Below are positions 18,973 to 26,790 of a stretch of 64,000 bases of DNA, one piece after another (positions within the stretch are counted from its first letter, which is position 1; each line of letters starts with the position of its first letter). The DNA comes from an uncultured Candidatus Binatia bacterium. Its GTDB lineage: Bacteria; Desulfobacterota; Binatia; UBA9968; JAJDTQ01. The notes under the pieces are model-generated. The model was not told the DNA's origin. It saw only the letters and a program-made list of their open reading frames with translations, and did no database searches. The DNA is taken from contig OZ243916.1 of assembly GCA_965213675.1 (NCBI GenBank), positions 2,176,001-2,240,000 on the forward strand, in the 5' to 3' direction. The position numbers and the translations under genes were made by a program.

Positions 18973-20439
18973 TCAATCGCCGGTGGTCTCTTGCCGGGGC
19001 TGTTCCTGAAGCTGCCAATCGCTGGTGTAGTAGGCCTTCAAGTCTCCACTCCCGCCATTCTCTCGATAGTAGATGATCGCTTGTTTCTGCCCGACATCGT
19101 CCTGTGAGGCAAGGTCGTCCAACAGTTCTGAAATATGAGACCGCAACGTTACGAGACTGCGCTCCGGACCTGACTGAATCCTGTCCATCTCCGCCTCTTT
19201 TTCCACGCGCGCCCCCCGCCAAGAAACGTTCCTTTTCCACCACCCCATGCCGTCGACAGAATTCTGCAGATCCTCGCGGTATTCTTCGATCGCGTCATTC
19301 TCCAAGAGTTCTCTGAAAGACTTTTCGTAGTCGTTTATCCGTGAATTTAACGCGGAGAACCTTCTGTAAGCATCATCCGGATTGTCCTGAAGAGCCAGCT
19401 TCGACCGGAGATGGTCGATCTGGATATCCGCGAGACTTGCTGCCGTGAACAACTCGATATCGGACAGGGCAAGATTGGCCTCGAGCTCGGATCCAACAGG
19501 CCTCTTCAAAAGAAAAGCGTACTTCTGACGCAGGACGTTCAGATCTCTTTCCGCCAGTGCCAGGCGGGTCCTCATATCATCCGTGAAACGCCGGCATCCG
19601 TCGAACTCTTCGGAAACATCCCGCAGTCGTCCCAACGCGCTGGCAAGAGCAGCGTAGTCATCTGCGGTGTGACGGACGAGCAATTGCTCCACCACCTTCG
19701 CCAATTGGTCCAGAGAACCTTGAATCTGGTCCAGGCGAGCACAAGTCATCATTGACGATAGCGTCGTGAAGAGCATGACAGGCACGACAACCGGCAGAAT
19801 GGCACCACTTGCCGCAACGAACGGCGCTTGTGCGATAATCCCTCCCGGCCCCATCACGGCCGAACCGACACCGGTGCCGATTTGCATCAAGGTAGCGGGG
19901 TTGGCCGTCGCCAGGAAGACGTTGCCCGCGAGCAGGGCAGATGTCGCGGCGGCCCCAGCGCCGGCAATCGGTAGACAAGCCGTATCCAGTATCCCCCCGG
20001 ATCGAAAGGGTTCCCCGCGCGCAAGGATATTCTTGTCTATTTGACGTCTCAATACACGGCTCAAGTCTGTACCGAAGTCAATGACGCCGAGTTTTTGTCC
20101 TTCGAATTCTATAATCTGTCCCTCTGGATGCCCCGGTACTCCGTCATCCCGGACCACGGCGACACCAGCCTCCTCGGTCGATCTTTCCGTATCCGTAGCC
20201 GATCCTTCCGTATCCGCGACCGAGGCGGCCCTGCGTCTGGCCACGGTCCAGACACCTATCGCAAGGGCCAAAGACAAGACCGCGAGCGATGCAACCTGTT
20301 GCCCGGTGAAACCGAGCACAAGACCCGAAAGGATGGCGAGGACAGCGACGATTACGATGGCGGCCAGCATGGCTCCGTCCACACCAGCACCCAACCTGCT
20401 TGCCCGGAATCCTCCCCCTGAACGCCGTTTTTCCGCCAT
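18973..20439 (-). CDS. Hypothetical membrane protein (2 N-terminal TM helices, central Gly/Ala hydrophobic segment, helical C-terminus)
   Basis: ATG 20439 overlaps the RES stop (TGATG) after GGAGG; about 488 aa; stops 6 bp before hsdR. Confidence 0.75.
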   Translation of the reverse strand: MAEKRRSGGGFRASRLGAGVDGAMLAAIVIVAVLAILSGLVLGFTGQQVASLAVLSLALAIGVWTVARRRAASVADTEGSATDTERSTEEAGVAVVRDDGVPGHPEGQIIEFEGQKLGVIDFGTDLSRVLRRQIDKNILARGEPFRSGGILDTACLPIAGAGAAATSALLAGNVFLATANPATLMQIGTGVGSAVMGPGGIIAQAPFVAASGAILPVVVPVMLFTTLSSMMTCARLDQIQGSLDQLAKVVEQLLVRHTADDYAALASALGRLRDVSEEFDGCRRFTDDMRTRLALAERDLNVLRQKYAFLLKRPVGSELEANLALSDIELFTAASLADIQIDHLRSKLALQDNPDDAYRRFSALNSRINDYEKSFRELLENDAIEEYREDLQNSVDGMGWWKRNVSWRGARVEKEAEMDRIQSGPERSLVTLRSHISELLDDLASQDDVGQKQAIIYYRENGGSGDLKAYYTSDWQLQEQPRQETTGD

Positions 20440-21152
20440 CACGACACCTCCGACCTTGATATCTCCACTTCCGCCGACCCCGCCCACCGGAATACCCAAG
20501 CCTCGCCTTCGCGGACGTTTTGCACAAGAATGGGCCGGAATGCCGCCAGGCACTTCCCGCCTTCGTAGCGGGCGGATGGGTACAGCACACCGTTCCCGCC
20601 AACCGCCAGGATGTCCCGGGCCAGCGCCTGCCCCGCGGGATAGGCTTCGGCCGGGTCCTCACTGAATACGGCCTCCCCCGTCCTCTCGCCGAGATCATGG
20701 AACCGGCTCACGAAGCCGGCCAGAAGCTCCCGGAATTCTGTGATGTTCTCGTAGATGCCGGTGGCGCGAAGCTCGCGCGTGAGGTGCCACGCAACCTCGG
20801 CCTTGGCCGTGTCCGTCGCGTTGTTCCCGTACGACGCATACCACGCGCCGCGTTCGGGGCCGTTGAACCGGTTGCCCATGGGGCGCGTGTGGCAGAACGC
20901 CGCGTTCACGTGGTTCCAGCCGTCCCCGTCGGCCTTCGTCAGCAATTCTCCCGGTTGGATGCCGGCGGGGACTGTCCATGAAAATGGCGTCATGGATGAC
21001 GTGAGCCCTTCGATCTCTTCCAGAATAGCGCGCTCGGCCGGATCGTCCGCGAGCAGCGCCATGACCGGCTGGTCCACGTAGCCGGCCGTGACCAGGCGAA
21101 CGGTGGCCGGCTCGACGACCTCACGGACCGGGAGGTCCGCGGCGCGGATCAC
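20439..21152 (-). CDS. RES-domain toxin (NAD+ phosphorylase/ART-like)
   Basis: NRFNGPERGAWYA, AEVAWH, GVLYPSAR (R-E-S residues). Confidence 0.88.
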   Translation of the reverse strand: MIRAADLPVREVVEPATVRLVTAGYVDQPVMALLADDPAERAILEEIEGLTSSMTPFSWTVPAGIQPGELLTKADGDGWNHVNAAFCHTRPMGNRFNGPERGAWYASYGNNATDTAKAEVAWHLTRELRATGIYENITEFRELLAGFVSRFHDLGERTGEAVFSEDPAEAYPAGQALARDILAVGGNGVLYPSARYEGGKCLAAFRPILVQNVREGEAWVFRWAGSAEVEISRSEVS

Positions 21153-21598
21153 GCTCCGCTCCGGAGCGCGTCGATGTGCTGCCGGGCTCGCATCATGGCG
21201 GGGATGCCGCCGGCGCTCATGACCTCGAGCGGGGTCTTGCCGTCAAAACCAAGGCCGGTGTTGGGAGCCTTGGGCCAGCCAAAGGCCAGCGGTCCGTTGA
21301 AGAGCGATGCAAGCCCGTTGAACAATCCGATGATCAGGCTCGCGCGAGTCAACTTGTCCTGGTCGAGGATGCCCCTGTAGCTGCCGGCCTTCATGCGGCT
21401 CCAGGTGGCCGTGGGCACGTCGAACAGCGCGGCGCCCTCGGTATTGGTCAAACCCCAGGCATCGGCCGCGCGCACCACGGCCTTGACGATGACCGCGACC
21501 CTGTCACGGTCCCCGAGGGGCATGAGGAGTCTGTCTCGGGGAATATCTCGAAGTTCTCGAAGTGGACGCGCCATTCTCCAGCTCTCTTGTTGGATCAT
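21149..21598 (-). CDS. Xre/MbcA/ParS-family antitoxin
   Basis: WGLTNTEGAALF HTH and W...PN...F.GKTPLEVM..GG..A...R..IDALR C-domain; start may be 21574. Confidence 0.88.
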   Translation of the reverse strand: MIQQESWRMARPLRELRDIPRDRLLMPLGDRDRVAVIVKAVVRAADAWGLTNTEGAALFDVPTATWSRMKAGSYRGILDQDKLTRASLIIGLFNGLASLFNGPLAFGWPKAPNTGLGFDGKTPLEVMSAGGIPAMMRARQHIDALRSGA

Positions 21599-21639
21599 AT
21601 GATGATTAATAAAGTATCATATGATAGACACGGCGTCAA
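21594..21639 (-). promoter_or_regulatory. Sigma70 promoter with two palindromic operators for the TA/RM operon
   Basis: TTGACG(21639-34)-N17-TACTTT(21616-11); ATCATATGAT at 21594-21603 and 21616-21625. Confidence 0.7.
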
Positions 21640-21774
21640 TCCTTCAACAGACCCACTCCAAACTGTTTGATTGCGTTGGGAGTGCCGCGTGGCATAGTAT
21701 GCGCGCCTGATCGAGGGCATGCCCACGGCAGGGGTCATGGGCCTTACTGTCGAGTTCAAACAAAGGAGGAGAAC

Positions 21775-22206
21775 ATGGCTTATTCCGGAGGGTGCGACCA
21801 CGTCAAGACTCACTCTGACAACGATCCGATCGACGTCCACACCTGTCACTGCTCCGTATGCAAGCGCGTCACCGGACAACCCACGACCCATGTCGCGTTC
21901 TTCGCACACGCTGACATCGTCGTCGACAAACTCGATGGCCTGAACCGCCAGCCGTTCAACGATCAGAACCCGGATGGTCCTCTGGAACTGTGTGCCTGCA
22001 CGGACTGCGGCACGCCTATCATGCTCGATGACAAGATGGGGCGCATTCGCGCAATCGCACCGAACCTGATGGGCTTTGACCCGGACAGCATGCCGGCGAC
22101 CTATCACGCCTTCTACGATCCGGCCACCGGTGTCCCGCGACCGGACGACGGCCGCCCGGTTCATGAAGGGCTTCGCCCGGACTTCGTCTGGCCCGACCCG
22201 TCCTGA
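21775..22206 (+). CDS. GFA/CENP-V family Zn-binding protein
   Basis: YSGGC, CHCSVC, CTDCGTP; ATG follows AGGAGG. Confidence 0.85.
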   Translation: MAYSGGCDHVKTHSDNDPIDVHTCHCSVCKRVTGQPTTHVAFFAHADIVVDKLDGLNRQPFNDQNPDGPLELCACTDCGTPIMLDDKMGRIRAIAPNLMGFDPDSMPATYHAFYDPATGVPRPDDGRPVHEGLRPDFVWPDPS

Positions 22207-22237
22207 AGCAAACCCCCTTTCCGCGGCGCCACAGACG

Positions 22238-22272
22238 GCAAGACCCCGACGGGTTCTCCCATCGGGGTCTTG
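22238..22272. terminator. Hairpin downstream of the GFA gene
   Basis: CAAGACCCCGA-N12-TCGGGGTCTTG inverted repeat; no strong U tract. Confidence 0.45.
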
Positions 22273-22322
22273 CGCCAACCGGAAAGAAACGTCCGGTCGA
22301 TCAAGCGTTGGGTTCAGGCGTT

Positions 22323-22472
22323 TCAGCCGATGACCCGCTCCACCGGCACGGTATACGCGAACGCATGAAAGCTGGGTTCGCCGGGAGGATCGACCTCGGG
22401 ACAGACGTTGGAACGCGCGACGGGGTTCTCCTCGTTCTTGAAAATGCCCCAGCGTTCGAGGGTCCCCACATA
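22323..22472 (-). pseudogene. Internally deleted remnant of a second cnbZ-like paralog
   Basis: Translates YVGTLERWGIFKNEENPVARSNVCPEVDPPGEPSFHAFAYTVP|VERVIG*; 34/43 aa identical to part of 9468-10232, then jumps to its C-terminal ERVIG. Confidence 0.9.
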
Positions 22473-22545
22473 GGAGTCTGCGGCGCAGGCTCCGAGGACA
22501 ACTACGCATTTCGCACGGCGTGTGGGGGTCGGTGGGGGTGGGAGT

Positions 22546-22621
<76 letters not shown>

Positions 22622-22715
22622 ACGACTCGCGAAAATCTAGCACAGGACCTGCTTGATTTCCAGGCCGAGCAAATCCCAGGGGCTTGAGTTCGTCCTTCCC
22701 GTCACCACCCCGCGC

Positions 22716-23048
22716 CTACCTCGGATCGATCACTTGGTCGAGGTAGATCCATAGCACGCGCGAGTAGCGGAACAGGAACGGGGAGGCAACGACGAGGAAC
22801 AGGCATGAAACGATGTAGATGGAGGCGGCGGTGAAGCCGAGGAGCAGCATGGCGGCGATGATGGGAAGCACTGCGGCGATGGCCAAGGCGTAGCTGAAGT
22901 ACATGGCGCCGACGAAGTAGCCTTGCTCGCGCTCGAACACAAGGCCGCAGACCGGGCACTGCCGGTTCATCTTAAAGATGCCGGCGAAGATGGCGCCGTC
23001 GACGCAGCGGGGACAACGTTCCCGGATGATGGCGAACAGCTTGTTCAC
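22716..23048 (-). CDS. DUF983-family membrane protein
   Basis: CPRC...CPVCG, EQGYFVGAMY, two TM helices. Confidence 0.8.
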   Translation of the reverse strand: MNKLFAIIRERCPRCVDGAIFAGIFKMNRQCPVCGLVFEREQGYFVGAMYFSYALAIAAVLPIIAAMLLLGFTAASIYIVSCLFLVVASPFLFRYSRVLWIYLDQVIDPR

Positions 23049-23124
23049 GCGCGCTCACCTGAATGGCCGGCTTGTCGAACCAAGGCCTGCCGTGCCCCTT
23101 GTCGCGCTTGTCGCGTTTCACCGG

Positions 23125-24255
23125 TCATGGCGTCGGTTGCCTCTTTGACGGCCCTTCGCACAACTCGCGGTGGGTTGCGGCGGTGCGGGCAGCCGCGCCG
23201 TCGGGTGCGGCGGCGGCCGGTGGCGGCAGCGTGTCGAACGGATCTTCGGCCTCCCTCGCCGCGGCACGCACCCTCTCGATGACGCGGGGCAGGTCTTTGC
23301 CTTCCCGTTGGTATAGTTCCTCGAATCTCGCCAGGTCGGTGACGTAGATCAGGCTCTGCAAGACCACGGCATTGTTCAGTCCGTGCCGGCTGAATGACGT
23401 ATAGCGGCGCTTGGGTGTCCCCGCGCCCGAATCAGCCCAGCGCCGCCGGCTTTCGGCGAACACCCGCTCACGGCGGCGCAGCTTCCCGGCCTCGGGTATC
23501 GGTTCGGCGTAGAGCGCCCGCAGGCACCGTGTCAGCTCCATCAGCGCGCCAGAGAACTCGATCTCTTCCCGCCATCGCCGGCGGGCAGTCCTGGCTTCGG
23601 AACTCTCCGGACCATGGCGACGCGTGAAAAATTCAATGGCGCCGCGCTTGCCGACGAAGTTGGCAAGGCTTTCGTTGAAGGCCACCGAGCCGGGGATAAA
23701 CAGGGTGTTGTGCAGCAACTCGTGCAACACCGTGTCCGCCAGGCTCACCTGATCACGCTTCAACAGGCGCCCGAGGAGGGGGTCGTCGAACCAGCCCAGG
23801 GTGCTGAAGGCTCCGGCCGGACGGATGTAGATGTCGTGTCCCTGAGCCTTCAAGCGATCACCTTCCCCGCGGGCGTCGTTCCCGTCGAAGAACCCCTTGT
23901 AAGGGATGCGCCCAACGAACGGGAACCACCAGGTGTAGGGCTCGAAGGATGTCTTGGGCACGGCGGACAGAACGTGCAGCAGCACCGGACGGTCCACCTT
24001 CGAATAGGCTGAGTAGCTGCCGCCGACGTCCAGTTGCAACTCGTCCGCGGCAAAGTCCCGCAACTCCAGCACCATCTCGAGCTTGCGCCGCGCGTCCGGC
24101 GCCACGCCGTCCCCGGCCAGCACCGTGGTGATGGGCGTCCGGCGCCACAGGATGCGTCCCTCTTCGTAGGCCGCGCGGATGTAGTATCCCGGCGCGCAGC
24201 CGCCGAGAAACAGCAACAGGAAGGCGCCTATGACGCGCGTGAACGTTGTCGCCAT
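23125..24255 (-). CDS. Putative zinc aminopeptidase lipoprotein
   Basis: Lipobox LGGC, WWFPFVGRIPYKGFF, FSTLGWFDDP, HELLH, FNESLA. Confidence 0.85.
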   Translation of the reverse strand: MATTFTRVIGAFLLLFLGGCAPGYYIRAAYEEGRILWRRTPITTVLAGDGVAPDARRKLEMVLELRDFAADELQLDVGGSYSAYSKVDRPVLLHVLSAVPKTSFEPYTWWFPFVGRIPYKGFFDGNDARGEGDRLKAQGHDIYIRPAGAFSTLGWFDDPLLGRLLKRDQVSLADTVLHELLHNTLFIPGSVAFNESLANFVGKRGAIEFFTRRHGPESSEARTARRRWREEIEFSGALMELTRCLRALYAEPIPEAGKLRRRERVFAESRRRWADSGAGTPKRRYTSFSRHGLNNAVVLQSLIYVTDLARFEELYQREGKDLPRVIERVRAAAREAEDPFDTLPPPAAAAPDGAAARTAATHRELCEGPSKRQPTP

Positions 24256-24407
24256 GTCGCTGGAATCCCTGGTTCATCCGGTCTTGATTTGAAACGTCAA
24301 GATTCCTGGAGACGTCCGGATTCCTGGACTCGACGGTCTGAGGCATAGCCTCTCGGATGTCGCCTGTGTCGCGTTACCCGTCATTCTTTACCCCAATGTT
24401 GCAAAAG

Positions 24408-24515
24408 AGTTCGTGGAGAGCGACTCGAAACACGAGCTACGAAGCGTCACTCCCACGAAAAAAGTTCGTGGAGAGCAATTCAAAATACGACCTACGAAAC
24501 GTCATTCCCGCGAAA
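24408..24515. repeat. Imperfect tandem duplication, 55-bp period
   Basis: AGTTCGTGGAGAGCGACTCGAAACACGAGCTACGAAGCGTCACTCCCACGAAA vs AGTTCGTGGAGAGCAATTCAAAATACGACCTACGAAACGTCATTCCCGCGAAA. Confidence 0.8.
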
Positions 24516-24591
24516 GCGGGAATCCAGGCGGGGTGGGGGGGCACCGTCAGTGGGTCCCTCTCTCTGGATTCCCGCTTTCGCGGGAATGACG
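24500..24591. repeat. REP-like palindromic element (GTCATTCCCGCG type)
   Basis: CGTCATTCCCGCGAAAGCGGGAATCCAG...CTGGATTCCCGCTTTCGCGGGAATGACG, perfect 28-bp arms. Confidence 0.9.
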
Positions 24592-24796
24592 CTTCCTAAA
24601 ATTTCCCATAACCCTACTCCGCCGCTCAACCTCACCTACAGTGACATCCCCAACAACCCCCTCCTTGCAAGTCCCATCCCACTTGCCTCCCGGTCCTCTC
24701 CTTGCTTCCAGCTTCTGCAATATTGGGGGTTACCCATCTGCTTGTATTTCTTGTCGCCGGCGGCGTTGCGTTTGCTGGCGTCGCGCCCGCCGCATG

Positions 24797-24820
24797 GGGC
24801 GACCGCCGGTCTCCCCTACA
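24797..24820 (-). repeat. GTAG-type REP unit
   Basis: TGTAGGGGAGACCGGCGGTCGCCC: GTAG head plus imperfect palindrome, just after the ABC gene stop. Confidence 0.55.
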
Positions 24821-24822
24821 AG

Positions 24823-26790
24823 TCATCGCGCCTCCGTGCCGCCGCTCCCCTCCTCCTGGAACTGCAACTCGTGCAGCCGGTGGTACACGCCGCGCCGCTC
24901 CATCAACTCGGCGTGGGAGCCCATCTCGCGGATGACGCCGCGGTGGAAAACCACGATGCGATCAGCGTTGCGGACGGTGGACAGGCGGTGGGCGATGATC
25001 AGACAGGTGCGGTTGGCCATGATCTTCTCGAAGGCGCCCTGCACGAGGAACTCGGTCTCGGTGTCGACGCTGGAGGTGGCCTCGTCCAACACCAGGACCT
25101 CGGGGTCCAGGACGAACATGCGCACCAGCGCCAGGAGTTGGCGCTGCCCGGCCGAGAGATTGTTGCCGCGCTCGCGCACGGCGGCACGCAAGCCTCCGGG
25201 CATGCGCTGGATGAAACCCTCGGCATTGGCGCTGCGCACGGCCGCGTGGATGCGCTCGTCGGGAATCGCCTCGTTGCCCAGTTTGAGGTTGGACAGGATA
25301 TCCCCGGAGAACAGGAACACGTCCTGCAACACCGTTCCCATGTGCCGCCGCAACGCGTCGAGTTCCCACTCGCGCACGTCACGGCCGCCCACTCGCACGG
25401 CACCGCTGTCCACGTCGTAGAAGCGGCTCATGAGCTTGATGGTCGTGGTCTTGCCCGAGCCGGTGGCGCCGATGACCGCCACCCGCTCGCCTGGCTCGAT
25501 GCGGAAGGACACGCCCTTGAGCACCGGGTCGTTGGGACGGTAGCTGAACCACACGTTGTCGAATTCCACCGCGGCGCGGGCCGCACCGTTTCCCCCGGAT
25601 GCCCGGTTCTCGCGGGCCGCGGACGCATCGTTCTCGGGATGACCCACTACGGGGCCGGCGTCCGACAGCGCGCCCTCCGGAAACCCGCCGTATGCAGCGC
25701 CGGCAACCGCGGCGCCGGTGCGAGCAGCGGGTTCAGCTTCCCTGCCCGATTTCTCCGGCGCGGTGTCCAACAGCTCGAATATCCGCTCGGCCGCGGTCAT
25801 GGCCGCCTGGATCACGGCGTACTTGTTGCTGAAATCGCGCAACGGCACGAACAGCCGGCGGATGTATTCGCTGAAGGCCACGAACGTGCCGATGCCCACG
25901 ACGCCCTGAAGCACTTCGCCGCCGCCGTACCACAGCAGCAGCGCGATGCTCAGCGACCCCGCCGCTTCCACCATGGAGAACAGCGAAGCCTCGTAGACGT
26001 TGGAGCGCTGGATGGCGTCGCGGTGCGCGCGGTTGAGATCGTCGAACTCCTCGTAGCTCCGGGCCTGCCGGTTGAAAAGCTGGATGACGGCCATGCCCGG
26101 GATGGCCTCGCCGAGATAGGCGTTGACCCGGGCGATGCGCGTGCGGATGAGGCGGTAGGTCTGCCGCGCCTTGATGCGGAAGACGTTGATGCCCAGCAGC
26201 AGGAACGGGATCAGCGCCAGCGACACCAGCGTCATTTCCACGTGCAGCGACAGCATGATGGCGACGATGGCCACGATGAGGACCAGGTCCGCCACCAGAT
26301 TCATGGCGCCGGCGGCGAACATTTCCTGCAGGACCTCCACGTCCGTGGTCATGCGCGTCATGAGCCGGCCCACCGGGTTGCGGTCGAAGTAGCTCATGGG
26401 CAGGCGCTGCACGTGGGAGAAGAGCTCGATGCGCAGGTCGGCGAGACACCGCTGCGCCACCCTCATGGACAGGAAGTACTGGAAGAAGTACGCCGCGGCC
26501 TCCGCCGCCAAAGCCCCGGCGAACAGCAGGCCGGTGGTCATGAGCGTGAGGCCGTCGCCCGCGCTGACGGCGTCGATGCCGAACTTGAGCAGCAGCGGCT
26601 GGGCCAGGTTGAAGCACTGGTGCACCGGCAGGAGCAACAGCGACAGGAAAAAGATCTTCCGGTGCGGCCGCACAAACCGCCACAGGCGCCGGGCCAGCGC
26701 CACGTCGTAGGCCTTGCCGGTGATGTCTTCCTGCTCTTCCGGGGCGTTCATGGGCATGCGACGCCCGTAGCCTCCGCCGCCGGCCCTCAC
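24823..26790 (-). CDS. ABC exporter, fused TMD-NBD (MdlB/YheH-like)
   Basis: GATGSGKT, LSAGQRQ, LDEATS, IAHRLST. Confidence 0.93.
   Translation of the reverse strand: MRAGGGGYGRRMPMNAPEEQEDITGKAYDVALARRLWRFVRPHRKIFFLSLLLLPVHQCFNLAQPLLLKFGIDAVSAGDGLTLMTTGLLFAGALAAEAAAYFFQYFLSMRVAQRCLADLRIELFSHVQRLPMSYFDRNPVGRLMTRMTTDVEVLQEMFAAGAMNLVADLVLIVAIVAIMLSLHVEMTLVSLALIPFLLLGINVFRIKARQTYRLIRTRIARVNAYLGEAIPGMAVIQLFNRQARSYEEFDDLNRAHRDAIQRSNVYEASLFSMVEAAGSLSIALLLWYGGGEVLQGVVGIGTFVAFSEYIRRLFVPLRDFSNKYAVIQAAMTAAERIFELLDTAPEKSGREAEPAARTGAAVAGAAYGGFPEGALSDAGPVVGHPENDASAARENRASGGNGAARAAVEFDNVWFSYRPNDPVLKGVSFRIEPGERVAVIGATGSGKTTTIKLMSRFYDVDSGAVRVGGRDVREWELDALRRHMGTVLQDVFLFSGDILSNLKLGNEAIPDERIHAAVRSANAEGFIQRMPGGLRAAVRERGNNLSAGQRQLLALVRMFVLDPEVLVLDEATSSVDTETEFLVQGAFEKIMANRTCLIIAHRLSTVRNADRIVVFHRGVIREMGSHAELMERRGVYHRLHELQFQEEGSGGTEAR

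Noticed and set aside
24408-24515. Possible CRISPR array
   Set aside because: Only two adjacent imperfect copies, no unique spacers and no cas genes.
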